A stretch of DNA of 64,000 bases. Source: an uncultured delta proteobacterium. Its GTDB lineage: Bacteria; Myxococcota_A; Polyangia; Polyangiales; Polyangiaceae. The position numbers and the translations under genes were made by a program. Positions 11,341-21,910 of the stretch are shown piece after piece (positions within the stretch are counted from its first letter, which is position 1; the number at the start of each line of letters is the position of its first letter). Below the pieces are notes generated by a model that made no database searches, was not told where the DNA came from, and saw only the letters and a program-made list of their open reading frames with translations. Location: NCBI GenBank assembly GCA_963696385.1, contig CAVOKF010000005.1, forward strand, positions 1,280,001 through 1,344,000, given 5' to 3'.

Positions 11341-12756
11341 ATGACACCCAAGGAAGTGTTCGAGCTCGCAAAGAAGCACGACGTCAAGTACGTCGATCTG
11401 AAGTTCATCGACTTTCCCGGCGTGTGGCAACACACGACCATCCCAGCGAACCGTCTGAACGAGGGACTCTTCGAGGACGGCCTGGCATTCGACGGGTCGT
11501 CCATTCGGGGATGGCAGCCCATCAACGCGTCCGACATGGTCATGATCCCCGACCCGGAGACCGCGAAGATCGATCCGTTCTATTCGACTCCGACGCTCAG
11601 CGTGATTTGCTCCATTTTCGATCCCATTACCAAGCAGCCGTACTCGCGCGATCCACGCCACATCGCGAAGAAGGCGGAAGCGTATCTGCGCCAAACCGGA
11701 ATCGGTGACACGTCGTTCATGGGCCCCGAGGCCGAGTTCTTCTTGTTCGACGACGTCCGCTTCGATCAGTCCCAGCCAAACTGCGGCTACTATTACATCG
11801 ACAGCGTCGAAGGCGCCTGGAACAGCGGTCGCGAAGAGTTCCCGAACCTCGGGTACAAGACGCGTCACAAGGAAGGGTACTTCCCCGTTCCGCCGACCGA
11901 CACGTTGGCCGAGCTCCGGCAGGCCATCATGACGACGCTGCAGGAGACCGGCGTCGAAGTCGAAGTCGGACACCACGAGGTCGCGTCGGGCGGCCAGTGC
12001 GAAATCGGTGTGAAGTTCAACCGGCTGAGCGCCTGCGCCGACCAGCTCATGTGGTTCAAGTACGTCGTCAAGAACGTCGCGCGCAAGCACGGCAAGGCGG
12101 CGACGTTCATGCCGAAGCCCATGTTCGGCGACAACGGAAGCGGCATGCATACGCACCAGTCGATCTGGAAGGAGGGCAAGCCGCTCTTCGCGGGCGACGG
12201 CTACGCGGGCCTTTCCGACATGGCGCTTCACTACATCGGAGGGATCATCAAGCATGCGAAATCGATCGCGGCGCTGACGAATCCGACCACCAACTCGTAC
12301 CGCCGACTCGTCCCTGGCTTCGAGGCGCCGATCAATCTCGCCTACTCGAGTCGCAACCGTTCGGCCAGCGTGCGCATCCCAATTACGGGACCGAATCCGA
12401 AGACCCGTCGCATCGAAGTGCGCTTCCCGGACCCCAGCTGTAACCCGTACCTTGCGTTCAGCGCGATGCTGCTCGCCGGCATCGACGGCATCCAGAACAA
12501 GATCAACCCGGGCGATCCGCTCGACAAGGATATCTACGCCCTTTCGCCGGAGGAGTTGAAAGAAGTGCCCCACATGCCCGGCAGCCTCGAGGAAGCGCTC
12601 GACGCCGTCGAGCGGGATCACGAATTCCTCGTGCGCGGAGACGTGTTCACGAAGGACGCGATTCACGAATGGCTGGACTACAAGCGCAACCGTGAGCTGA
12701 CCCCGGTTCGCATGCGTCCGACCCCGTACGAATTCTATCTCTACTTCGATATCTGA
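11341..12756 (+). CDS. glnA: Glutamine synthetase type I
   Basis: FDGSSI, HHEVA, FMPKP...DNGSGMH, YSSRNRS, adenylylation motif DKDIY; GGAGG RBS. Confidence 0.98.
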   Translation: MTPKEVFELAKKHDVKYVDLKFIDFPGVWQHTTIPANRLNEGLFEDGLAFDGSSIRGWQPINASDMVMIPDPETAKIDPFYSTPTLSVICSIFDPITKQPYSRDPRHIAKKAEAYLRQTGIGDTSFMGPEAEFFLFDDVRFDQSQPNCGYYYIDSVEGAWNSGREEFPNLGYKTRHKEGYFPVPPTDTLAELRQAIMTTLQETGVEVEVGHHEVASGGQCEIGVKFNRLSACADQLMWFKYVVKNVARKHGKAATFMPKPMFGDNGSGMHTHQSIWKEGKPLFAGDGYAGLSDMALHYIGGIIKHAKSIAALTNPTTNSYRRLVPGFEAPINLAYSSRNRSASVRIPITGPNPKTRRIEVRFPDPSCNPYLAFSAMLLAGIDGIQNKINPGDPLDKDIYALSPEELKEVPHMPGSLEEALDAVERDHEFLVRGDVFTKDAIHEWLDYKRNRELTPVRMRPTPYEFYLYFDI

Positions 12757-12843
12757 CCGCGGGTTGCATCTCCGGCCGACCCGATCCGGCCGGCAAGCGC
12801 GGAGCCTCCCGGCCCGCCGGGGGGATCCTAGGGAGGCGATCCG

Positions 12844-14046
12844 ATGAGCGCGAATCGAGTCCTGATCGCTACGGCAGTGCTCTCCACGCTGTCCTGGCTT
12901 TTGCATCGGTACGTCTGGGCCCGTCTTCTCCGGGATGGGATGTGGCCGGAGCCGTGGCGCACGGGGCTCACCGTCGGCGTGTTCGCACTGGGCGCGCTGA
13001 TTCCGGTCGCGTTCTTGGCGATACGATTTCTTCCACGCGCGGTCCACGTGCCGATCGCGTGGGTGGCCTACACGTGGATGGGCTTCTTGTTGTACTTGGT
13101 GCTCCTGACGGCGACATTCGACGCGGCGCGCGGTGTCGCCGCTCTCGCGCGGACGCAGCCCCTGGACCCGGAGCGACGTATCGCGTTGTCTCGCGCGATC
13201 GCCAAGATCGTGGTGGCCACGGCGGGTCTGGTTGGACTGGGTGGGATTGCAAACGTGGCGCGCGGGTTCGAGCTGCGCCGAGTGCGGGTGCCCATAGCCA
13301 AGCTGCCTCCGAGTGCGTCCGGCTATTGCATCGTACAGATCACGGACGTGCACGTCGGGCCGACCATCGGTCGAGACTTCGTCGACGCCATGGTGAGGGC
13401 GACCAATGCTCTTGCGCCCGACCTAGTCGTCATCACGGGCGATTTGGTCGACGGAAGCGTCGATCAGCTGCGGCACCTTGTCGAGCCGTTGCGCGATCTG
13501 CGAGCGAAGGACGGGATTTTCTTCGTGACGGGCAATCACGAGTATTATTCTGGTGCGAACGAGTGGATTGCTCATTTGGGGCAACTCGGTATTCGCGTCC
13601 TTCGAAACGAGAGGGTCGCCATCCGCGACGTCTTCGATCTGGCGGGCGTCGACGATGCAAGCGCGAACCGGATGCTGGCCCACCATGGCCAAGACGTGGC
13701 GCGGGCGCTTTCCGGTCGCGACATGGATCGCCCCGTCGTGCTGCTTGCCCACCAGCCGAAGGCACTGAAGGACGCGTTGGCCGCCCGCGTCGACTTGCAA
13801 CTTTCCGGGCACGTGCACGGCGGGCAGATGTTTCCGTTCAACTGGATCGCGCGGATCGATCAGCCACTGATTGCAGGACTCTATCGAGTGGAGCAGACGT
13901 GGGTCTACGTCAGCACGGGGACGGGCTACTGGGGTCCGCCGATGCGGGTCGGCCCCGGGGCAGAGCTTACGCGCATAGAGCTGGTGGCGAGTTCCGATCG
14001 CGATGCCGAGTTGGGTCCACCCTCCGAACGCGAGGCCCTGGGCTAA
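12844..14046 (+). CDS. Membrane-anchored metallophosphoesterase (YkuE-like)
   Basis: N-terminal TMs, then DVH, GDLVD, GNHE and GHVHGGQ motifs. Confidence 0.92.
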   Translation: MSANRVLIATAVLSTLSWLLHRYVWARLLRDGMWPEPWRTGLTVGVFALGALIPVAFLAIRFLPRAVHVPIAWVAYTWMGFLLYLVLLTATFDAARGVAALARTQPLDPERRIALSRAIAKIVVATAGLVGLGGIANVARGFELRRVRVPIAKLPPSASGYCIVQITDVHVGPTIGRDFVDAMVRATNALAPDLVVITGDLVDGSVDQLRHLVEPLRDLRAKDGIFFVTGNHEYYSGANEWIAHLGQLGIRVLRNERVAIRDVFDLAGVDDASANRMLAHHGQDVARALSGRDMDRPVVLLAHQPKALKDALAARVDLQLSGHVHGGQMFPFNWIARIDQPLIAGLYRVEQTWVYVSTGTGYWGPPMRVGPGAELTRIELVASSDRDAELGPPSEREALG

Positions 14047-15785
14047 GCGTCCTCGTCGCCGAAAAGGAAAAGTTGCGGTCCGCTCGCTCGACGGGATCGT
14101 GCGGTCCGACGGGGAGGGGCGTGCTCGCGGTGCCCGGAGGCCACCTGCGCCGCGAAGATCGTCTCCACGGCGGCGATGCCATCGGCCTGCTCGGGAGTCT
14201 TGTCGTCGCGCACGCGTACGATGCGCGGAAACCGTAGTGCAAAGCCGCTCGAGTGGCGCGCGGAGCGCTGGGCGCCGTCGAAGGCGACTTCGATCACCAC
14301 TTCGGGGCGCACGAGCCGAATGCCCGCGCGGACCTCGACCGTGATCGCGACCAGCCGCCGGGTCATCGCATCGATTTCTCGATCGGTCAGGCCACTGTAC
14401 GCCTTGCCGATCGGCACGAGATCGCCGCTTCGCCAGACCGCGAACGTGTAGTCACTGAGGGCCCCGGCCCGCCGCCCGTGTCCCCCTTCTGCAGCGACGA
14501 TGACGACGTCCAACGTCGCATGAGCCCTTTTGACTTTGATCCAAGAATGGCCCCGACTTCCGGCTTCGTAGGGTCCGTCGGCACGCTTGAGGACCAGGCC
14601 TTCGTGGCCTCGAGCCCGCGCAGCGTCGAACGCCGCGTCGAGCGCCCGATCGAGCGATAGATGAGAAGAAAGCTCCGAGAAATCATGGGTGACAATCGCC
14701 GACCGTCGCGTCGCGAGGAGTGCCTCGAGCCGGGCGCGTCAATCGCGCCATGGGAGGTCGAGGATCGACCCCGAAGCATCGGCCAGAAGGTCGAACGCGA
14801 CCAGCGCCACCGGGGTCTGCCGGATGTCTTTCTCCGACGGTCGGGACTTCCTGAGACGCGCCTGCAACACTTGGAAGGGTCTCGGACGCCCGGATGGCCC
14901 GATTGCGACAATTTCGCCGTCGAGGACGAGCGACGTGGCGCAGTCCCGCAGGGCGTCGACGATCTCGGGGAACGCGCGGGTGACCCGATCCAGTCCGCGC
15001 GCAAAAACGGCGACTTCACCGTCGTCCGTCCGGTGGACCTGAGCACGCACGCCGTCGATCTTGTCTTCCACAATGAAGGCGTCGGGCGCGATCGCGGCCG
15101 AGCGGGTCTCGAGCGGTGTCGCGAGCATGAAAGCCACCGGCCGCCCCACTGCGAGGCGGGCTTCGTCGAGTTTGCCCTGATGCGCGAGGACTGCGAGCTC
15201 CCCGACGTCGGCGATGAGTGCGGCGGCTTTCCGCACGAGATCGGGACGGGCTTCGAACGCGCGTGCGATGGCTCCGTGGACGACGCCCTCTTGCGCTCCG
15301 ATGCGCATGCCGCCTCCGAGTGCCTTGGCCAGGTACTTCGTTTCGAGGGGCGTCGCGCGCGCGAAGGTCGCGTCCAGGATGGCACGTTTCGATGCTCTCC
15401 CGGGTTCACTCGCGAGAGCGTCGGCGAGCCGGACGACGTCGGCCAGTCGGACTCCTTCACGCTCCCAAGCCCCCTCGATGCGGCTCGAAAGAAGCGCGAA
15501 CGCTTCGGCCAGCTCGCCTGCCGTGCGCGCGCATGCGACGACGACCGGGTCGTCGAACCCCGTGGCCGCCCGCACGACGTCGAGTAGCAGCGACCCTCCG
15601 ACGCCGAGCGTCCGGCCGTCGCCGATTGGCAGGAGGCGGCCCGCAGCGATGCGGCTCGCCGTTGCGAGCGCCGTCTCGTCGCCTTCGAGAGCAATCTCGC
15701 GAAGGGCGCCCGCAATCGCTTCTTCTTTGCCGATGCGCGATCGCCGAGCTCGGGCTGCATCGAGGGCGGCGGCAAGTCGCCTCAC
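14043..15785 (-). pseudogene. ATP-dependent DNA ligase interrupted by one in-frame TGA (14739-14741); real nonsense mutation or sequence error
   Basis: KIDG, LDGE and AFDLL motifs precede the stop. The same frame continues RARLEALL...EGLVLK...WIKVK...LRFPR to 14043. The GTG start overlaps the upstream stop (GTGA). Confidence 0.9.
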
Positions 15786-16813
15786 GATGACCCTCGGTCG
15801 TCGATCGGTCCGAGCGCGAGGGCGTCGGCATCGACGCCCCGGCGACGGAGCTCGTGAGCCAAAGGTCGAGCCTCGCCGCGCGTCACGTAGACCGATCTCG
15901 CGCCGGACGAGGACACGAGCGCCAGCCACCGATCGAAGTCGGCCTGATCGGCGAACGCGAACCCCGTGTCGGCTTTCTTTTGGGCCAACGCTGCGTCGAG
16001 CACGGCCCAGCCCGAGGCGTAGGCTACGGCGTGTCTCTTCGGGGCCTGCCGTTCGGCCACCCGACTGTCGGGTCGAGCGAGGACGACCGCGCCGCGCCGC
16101 ACCCCCGCGTAGCCTCCAACGACGCCGACGGGAGCCCCGATCGAATCGTACGCCGTGCAGGCGCGCAGGACTTCCGCGTCCGCCACGACGGGCAGCCCGC
16201 GATTCGCGAGCGCGTGTGCGAGCGATTGCGCAGGCCCAGGGCTCTGGACGAGGACGAAGGGCGTGCAGTCCTCGGCGAGACGCGCAGCGCACCACCCGAC
16301 GATGTCCGCAGCGACCCGCTGCATCGGTCTGAAGCGAAAGATCGGAAGGCCGAATGCGGAGGTGATGACCAGCTCGTCGCATGCCACGGCTTCTCCCGGG
16401 GGCCGTGTAGCGTCGGGCTCGCTGCTCCAATCGCCCGTGTAGACCAGGCGTCCGCGAGGATGGTCGATGACCAGCTGTGAGCCGCCGAGGACGTGTCCCG
16501 CACGGGCGATGGACAGCCGGGCCGTGCCGCCGCCGTACCGAGATCCGATGGCCCATGGAATGGTTTCGCCCCAAGCCATGGGGTGCGCTTCCCGGAACGT
16601 CCAGCCGAGCGCCTCCGAGAGCGCGATCGTCTCGGGCGAGGCCAACGCTCTGGTGCCGGTCGCGCTCGCTGCCGCGTGAGCGTGCGAGACGAACACGGCC
16701 GTTTCGGGACCAACGGGCGTCACACCGGTCGGATCGAGCCAGAGATCGAGAGCACGAACGAAGAGTCCGTGGTCACCCAGGACGACACCGAGCGGTCCGC
16801 CTCGGGTGCTCAC
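15782..16813 (-). CDS. Ligase-associated MBL-fold / beta-CASP exonuclease-like protein
   Basis: LWLDP, SHAH, AGHVLG, YTGD, FGLPIFRF and ASGW motifs; translationally coupled to the ligase. Confidence 0.85.
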   Translation of the reverse strand: MSTRGGPLGVVLGDHGLFVRALDLWLDPTGVTPVGPETAVFVSHAHAAASATGTRALASPETIALSEALGWTFREAHPMAWGETIPWAIGSRYGGGTARLSIARAGHVLGGSQLVIDHPRGRLVYTGDWSSEPDATRPPGEAVACDELVITSAFGLPIFRFRPMQRVAADIVGWCAARLAEDCTPFVLVQSPGPAQSLAHALANRGLPVVADAEVLRACTAYDSIGAPVGVVGGYAGVRRGAVVLARPDSRVAERQAPKRHAVAYASGWAVLDAALAQKKADTGFAFADQADFDRWLALVSSSGARSVYVTRGEARPLAHELRRRGVDADALALGPIDDRGSS

Positions 16814-16834
16814 CGGATCCTCGATGCCGGAACG

Positions 16835-17152
16835 TCACGTCGCTTTCGCGACGAACGACTTGCAGTTGCCGCCGGGGTTGATGGGTCCCTTGACGACCTT
16901 GCACGCGCCGCAGGCGTTCGGTGCAGCAGGAAGAAACTGCTGACAAACCGAACACGTCTTACCCGGCTCCATCGATGCGTCGACGTAGGCGAGCAAGGTT
17001 CGGACCTGAAGGTCGGCGGGCGACAGGGCGCTCGTATCGGTGCACGCCAAAGGTGGAGTCTTCTCTTTGCATCCCGTCGCCCCGATCGCGGCGAGGGCGC
17101 CCATCGCCGCAGTTTGGTGCAAAAGATCCCGACGCGAGAGTCGGTTGCTCAT
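16835..17152 (-). CDS. High-potential iron-sulfur protein (HiPIP), Tat lipoprotein
   Basis: SRRDLL Tat motif, lipobox-like ATGC, CSVCQQF...CKVVKGPINPGGNC; GGAGG RBS. Confidence 0.85.
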   Translation of the reverse strand: MSNRLSRRDLLHQTAAMGALAAIGATGCKEKTPPLACTDTSALSPADLQVRTLLAYVDASMEPGKTCSVCQQFLPAAPNACGACKVVKGPINPGGNCKSFVAKAT

Positions 17153-17231
17153 GGTGGCCTCCTTCGAGAGGCTCATTTCAGGGATCCCACCGACCGGCGT
17201 CCAGGCTGCCGCCAGCCGGGTGGCCCGCCCG

Positions 17232-18098
17232 TCAGCGGGAGAGCACCCAAAAGACGACCAGGCCAGCAGCAATTCGGTACCAGCCGAAAGGCTCGAGCCC
17301 GTGCTTGCGCAGGTACTTGAGGAAGCTGGCGATCACGGCCCAAGCGACGAAAAACGAAACGACGAGACCGACCGCGAGGCTGACCCCTCCGACGCGGGAC
17401 GCGAGGTCCGCGCGCGCCTTGTATCCTTCGAACAGCGTCGCCGCGCCCAGCGTGGGCAGCGCGAGCAGGAACGAAAACTCCGCCGCCGTCGCGGTCGACA
17501 GTCCGGCGAGTTGTCCCGCGACGATGGTGCACATGGATCGGGAAGCGCCGGGCCACAGCGACAGGCATTGACCCAAGCCCACCGCCAGCGCCCGTTTGGG
17601 CGTCACCTTGTCCAGCCCGTCTTCGCCGCTGCCGAAGGTGTCCGGCGGATGAACGCCCCGGTTGCGACGCCCGACCCAGCGCTCGATCAGGATCATCGCA
17701 ACGCCCCCGACGACGAGCGCGGCGGTGACGGGAATCGGCCCGAACAGGCGGGCCTTGATCGTCTTGCGCAGGAGCAGACCGGCGACGGCGGTCGGCGCGA
17801 ACGCCACGGCGAGGGCGGTGAGCAATTGGAACGAGGCCGCATCGCGCGCCGCGAGCCCTCGAAGTTTTTGACCGAGGAGCGTCCAATAGTGTGCCACCAC
17901 GGCGAGGATGGCTCCGAGCTGAACCACGATTTCGAACGAAGACGTCGCGGGGTCATCGTCGCTCAAGCCGAGCAGGTGACCCACCAGAACGAGGTGCCCC
18001 GTCGAAGAGATCGGGAGATATTCGGTCAACCCTTCGACGATGCCGAGCAGGACCGCAATCTTCGGGTCGCGCGCAGTCGCCGCGGCGTGCAAAGGCAT
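17232..18098 (-). CDS. uppP: Undecaprenyl-diphosphate phosphatase
   Basis: EGLTEYLPISSTGH, QLGAIL, PGASRS and AAEFSFLL motifs. Confidence 0.96.
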   Translation of the reverse strand: MPLHAAATARDPKIAVLLGIVEGLTEYLPISSTGHLVLVGHLLGLSDDDPATSSFEIVVQLGAILAVVAHYWTLLGQKLRGLAARDAASFQLLTALAVAFAPTAVAGLLLRKTIKARLFGPIPVTAALVVGGVAMILIERWVGRRNRGVHPPDTFGSGEDGLDKVTPKRALAVGLGQCLSLWPGASRSMCTIVAGQLAGLSTATAAEFSFLLALPTLGAATLFEGYKARADLASRVGGVSLAVGLVVSFFVAWAVIASFLKYLRKHGLEPFGWYRIAAGLVVFWVLSR

Positions 18099-18427
18099 GG
18101 GGGCTTTCCACGTAGCACGACGCCATCACGGGGAAGGGGAATCCGAATGCGGTCCTTTCGGGGACGCACCGCGTTTCCCGCATGCCGCCGTGCGTCGAGG
18201 CATCCGACTCCACCGAGAGTTGGCAAGGAGGGGGTCTGGCGCCGATGTCATGGGGTGCGCCTGCCGAGTCTTTTTGAAGATCGGACCGGGCTTTTCGGTT
18301 ATACCAACCGGCGCCGGGCGGTCGGACTCCGTGGCGGGGATCGATGAGCTGGCGGGCCTCTGGCCTGTCGTTCGCTGCGGGGGCAGCATCGACTCGGTCT
18401 TGGCCACTCGCCGAAAGGGAAACGTTC

Positions 18428-19354
18428 ATGTTCAACAAGCCTCTCTCCTTAGCTGTCACGATCCTGGGAACGACCGTCTTTGCCTGGATGGCGGCTTGCT
18501 CGTCGTCCAAAGAGTCGACAGACAACAGCAGCAGCAACACGGGTGGCGCCACGAGCAGCAGCAGCAGCAGCACCTCATTGGGCAGCGGCACGAGCAGCAG
18601 CAGCAGCGGCACGGGCAGTTCCGGTACGAGCAGCACGGGCGCAAGCGGCGATGGGGGCTCCAGCCCGCTCCAAATCGACAACCAGTCGGCGGCTGTGGGC
18701 TCCCAGCTCCAGTTTGGATCGAGTGTGAAGGCGCTGGTCCCGTCCGGCGACAAAATCGGCACCTGGTACACGTACGGCTGGAACGCGGCGGCCGGCCAGA
18801 CACTGACACCGGCCCAAGGGGCACCGTTCAGCTTCACGACGACCACGGGCATGTTCACGCGGGCCGCCTGCGTCAGCTCGGCGGGCTATGTCGGATACTC
18901 GGCGGGCGAGGGCTTCAACTTCGCGACGGCCGACGTCGACTCTTCGAACCCGCCGGCCGTGCCGTTGAACGTGAGCAGCTTCACGGGCATCACCTTCTGG
19001 GCCATGAGTACGACTACGGGAACACCGATGGTTCGGGTAAAGTTCCCCGACGATCAGACGTACGGGTCGGATCCGACCGCGCTCTGCCAACCAGATGCGT
19101 CGCTTCCGACGGGAGACACGGCCGGGCAATGCGATGACGACTTCTGCGATAACGTGACGCTGACGTCGTCATGGACCCAAGTGTCGATCCTCTTTTCTAA
19201 TTTGAACCAGAGCAGCTTCGGTGCCACTTTCCCCGGCGGTCTCGATACGAAGAACGTGTTCGGCATCCAGTTCGAGAATGAAGGCGGAGGGACCACCGAC
19301 GCGGGCGCGCCGGGGTTCCAGTACTGCATCGCGGACATCAACTTCACGCAATAG
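18428..19354 (+). CDS. Lipoprotein with Ser/Gly/Thr linker and a probable carbohydrate-binding jelly-roll domain
   Basis: Signal peptide with lipobox MAAC, poly-Ser tracts (AGC repeats), then SFTGITFWA...WTQVSILFSNL...GIQF...IADINF, resembling CBM11/CIA30-type domains (inference). Confidence 0.75.
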   Translation: MFNKPLSLAVTILGTTVFAWMAACSSSKESTDNSSSNTGGATSSSSSSTSLGSGTSSSSSGTGSSGTSSTGASGDGGSSPLQIDNQSAAVGSQLQFGSSVKALVPSGDKIGTWYTYGWNAAAGQTLTPAQGAPFSFTTTTGMFTRAACVSSAGYVGYSAGEGFNFATADVDSSNPPAVPLNVSSFTGITFWAMSTTTGTPMVRVKFPDDQTYGSDPTALCQPDASLPTGDTAGQCDDDFCDNVTLTSSWTQVSILFSNLNQSSFGATFPGGLDTKNVFGIQFENEGGGTTDAGAPGFQYCIADINFTQ

Positions 19355-19371
19355 GTCCGACGGGCGCCACG

Positions 19372-20076
19372 ATGCGACCCACTCACGCGACGAGCTCGAC
19401 GACCGAATCGAGCCCGTCGCGCAGTTCGCGCCAAGACGCTACCCTCGGCGCCGTGTCGACTGCCTCCGTGCCGTTGGTCACGCGACTTTGGTTCGCGTGG
19501 CTCTGCTTCTTTAAGGTTCTTTTCGATGGACGCTTTGCGTCTCGAGCGTGGGATGCTCGGGACGCACACCGTCTGCCGCCGCCGCCGACGGTGTCTGGGC
19601 GTTCCGCCTCGCCCGCCGTGGGGTCGCGGGTCCCGGATCTCGAGAGTCGTGTCGCGAGCTCAGGCGCACTGCGCGACTCGGCCTCGTCCGCGCCGTCGGC
19701 GACCGCGGCCCTTCAGCTCCTGTCGCTTTTGCAGTCTGAAGGGCGGCTTGTCGACTTCCTCGAGCAAGACGTCGCCGCGTTCTCGGATACCGATGTCGGC
19801 ATCGCCGCGCGGGTGGTGCACGAGGGTTGCCGTCGGGCTCTGCGTGCCCACGCGAGGGTCGAGCCGGTGCGGCCGGAAGGCGAGGGGCAGCGGATCACGT
19901 TGGCCGCGGGTTTCGATGCCGATGCCGTGAAGCTGGTTGGCGACGTGAAGGGGCAGCCGCCGTTCGTCGGTGTCCTGCGGCACAGAGGGTGGCGGGTCCT
20001 AACGATCGAGCTGCCGCAACGCGTGGGCGAGCATGACCCCCGCATCGTAGCGCCGGCCGAAATCGAGCTCGAGTGA
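19372..20076 (+). CDS. DUF2760 domain protein (possibly GrpE-like)
   Basis: ALQLLSLLQSEGRLVDFLEQD...DVGIAARVVHEGC...GVLRHRGW...APAEIEL; hydrophobic N-terminal helix; stop overlaps the next start. Confidence 0.85.
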   Translation: MRPTHATSSTTESSPSRSSRQDATLGAVSTASVPLVTRLWFAWLCFFKVLFDGRFASRAWDARDAHRLPPPPTVSGRSASPAVGSRVPDLESRVASSGALRDSASSAPSATAALQLLSLLQSEGRLVDFLEQDVAAFSDTDVGIAARVVHEGCRRALRAHARVEPVRPEGEGQRITLAAGFDADAVKLVGDVKGQPPFVGVLRHRGWRVLTIELPQRVGEHDPRIVAPAEIELE

Positions 20077-21896
20077 TGCGCTTCGCTGCCGGGATCGACC
20101 TGGGCACCACGCACTGCGCGATCGCGGTCGCCCCTCTCGAAGTCGAAGGCGCGCGGCCGGACGTGGTGAGCGTCCCGCAGCTCGTCGCGCGGGGACAGGT
20201 CGAAGCTCTCGCGCTTTTGCCCTCATTTCTCTATTTCGCGCATGCGAGCGAAGGCCCGCAGGCGTTGCCCTGGGACGCCCATCGCGCGTTCGCCGTAGGG
20301 CAGTACGCCCGCGCCCGAGGGGCCGACGCGCCGACGCGTGTCGTCGCGAGCGCCAAGAGCTGGTTGTCGCATCCGTCCGTCGATCGCCGCGCGGGAATTC
20401 TTCCGGTCGGCGCGCCGGACGACGTCGCGAAGATCTCTCCCGTCGAGACCTCGAAGAGGTACCTCGATCATCTCGTGCAGGCGTTTGAGGCCCAGTTCGG
20501 AGCGGACGACCGCCTGACCGATCAGGACGTCATCGTAACCGTGCCTGCGTCCTTCGACGCCGGGGCGCGCGAGCTGACGGTTGAAGCAGCCCGACAGGCC
20601 GGGTTCGAGCACCTCACGCTGCTCGAGGAGCCGCAGGCGGCCCTCTACGCCTGGACGCTCGCGATGGGCGATGCATGGCGCTCCCACGTGCGGCCGGGCG
20701 ACGTCGTGCTGGTGATCGACGTGGGCGGCGGAACGACGGACTTTTCGGCGATCGCTGCAATCGAGAAGGACGGTGCGCTCGAACTGGTGCGCGTTGCCGT
20801 GGGCGATCACATCCTGCTGGGCGGCGACAACATGGACCTCGCGTTGTCCCACCTCGTGCGCCAAAAGCTCGAATCCGAGGGGCGTGTTGTCGATCGCTTC
20901 CAAGCTGCGAGTCTGGTCCACGCGTGTCGGGTCGCGAAGGAGCGTCTCCTGGGCGATGCGTCGCTCGACCTCGCGCCCCTCGCCGTGGCTTCGCGGGGGT
21001 CGTCTCTGCTCGGCGCGACGCTTCGTTGCGACCTGACCCGCGACGACTTGACCCGTGTCCTTGTCGATGGCTTTTTTCCCCGCGTCGATGCCGAGGCTCG
21101 ACCGGCGACACGATCGCGCTCCGGGCTGACGCAGCTCGGGTTGCCCTATGCGGCCGACGCGGCCGTGACGCGCCATCTCGCTGCATTTCTCGGCCGGCAG
21201 GCGCGCGCGCTCGAGCACTTCGCCGGATCGGCCGGCCGCGCGGGCGGCGCCCTTTTGCACCCGACCGCCGTTCTCTTCAACGGCGGTGTGATGAAATCCG
21301 CCAGTCTGCGGGCGCGAGTGATCGAAACACTGAACGCGTGGATCCAAGAAGACGGGGGCGATGTCGTCCGCGTTCTGCAGGGCGCCGACCTCGACCTCGC
21401 GGTGGCTCGGGGCGCTTGCATGTACGCCCTCGTCCGCCGCGGCAAGGGGCTCCGCATTCGGGGAGGGACGGCTCGTGCCTATTACGTCGGAATCGAGAGC
21501 GCCGTCCCGGCAGTCCCCGGTCTCGCGCCTCCCGTGAGCGCGATGTGCGTGGCGCCATTCGGCATGGAAGAGGGGACCGCCGCCGAGCTTCCGCCCCATG
21601 AGCTCGGCGTGGTCGTCGGCGAGCGCTGCACGTTTCGGTTCTTCGGATCGAGCGTACGGCGGTCCGACGGAGCCGGAACCATGCTCGAAGAGTGGCGAGC
21701 CGACGAGCTCGAGGAGCTCCCGCCCATCGAGGTTACGCTTCCTGCGGACGGACGTCGCGAAGGAGACGTCGTGCCCGTGCGACTCCGACCGCAGGTGACC
21801 GAGGTCGGGACGCTGCGGCTGGAGGCCGAGCCGCTAGCGCCGCTCAAGGCCGGCGAACTGTGGCGCGTCGAGCTGAGCGTTCGCTCGAACGCCTGA
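20076..21896 (+). CDS. Non-canonical Hsp70-family ATPase
   Basis: GIDLGTT, TVPASFD, EEPQAA, DVGGGTTD, GGDNMD, NGG and AVARGA motifs; TGATG overlap with the DUF2760 gene (GTG 20073 is an alternative start). Confidence 0.92.
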   Translation: MRFAAGIDLGTTHCAIAVAPLEVEGARPDVVSVPQLVARGQVEALALLPSFLYFAHASEGPQALPWDAHRAFAVGQYARARGADAPTRVVASAKSWLSHPSVDRRAGILPVGAPDDVAKISPVETSKRYLDHLVQAFEAQFGADDRLTDQDVIVTVPASFDAGARELTVEAARQAGFEHLTLLEEPQAALYAWTLAMGDAWRSHVRPGDVVLVIDVGGGTTDFSAIAAIEKDGALELVRVAVGDHILLGGDNMDLALSHLVRQKLESEGRVVDRFQAASLVHACRVAKERLLGDASLDLAPLAVASRGSSLLGATLRCDLTRDDLTRVLVDGFFPRVDAEARPATRSRSGLTQLGLPYAADAAVTRHLAAFLGRQARALEHFAGSAGRAGGALLHPTAVLFNGGVMKSASLRARVIETLNAWIQEDGGDVVRVLQGADLDLAVARGACMYALVRRGKGLRIRGGTARAYYVGIESAVPAVPGLAPPVSAMCVAPFGMEEGTAAELPPHELGVVVGERCTFRFFGSSVRRSDGAGTMLEEWRADELEELPPIEVTLPADGRREGDVVPVRLRPQVTEVGTLRLEAEPLAPLKAGELWRVELSVRSNA

Positions 21897-21910
21897 GCGA
21901 GAGGGGCGCG

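Noticed and set aside
14739..14741. Ligase TGA as selenocysteine or genetic-code reassignment
   Set aside because: The position corresponds to Arg rather than Cys, and TGA is the normal stop for many genes in this window.
18120..18427. Riboswitch between uppP and the lipoprotein gene
   Set aside because: GAAA-containing stems are present but I could not match any known aptamer consensus.
18526..18635. AGC repeats as a phase-variable or CRISPR-like array; Cys-rich antisense ORF 18456..18824
   Set aside because: These are in-frame codons of a poly-Ser linker, and the antisense ORF is their shadow.
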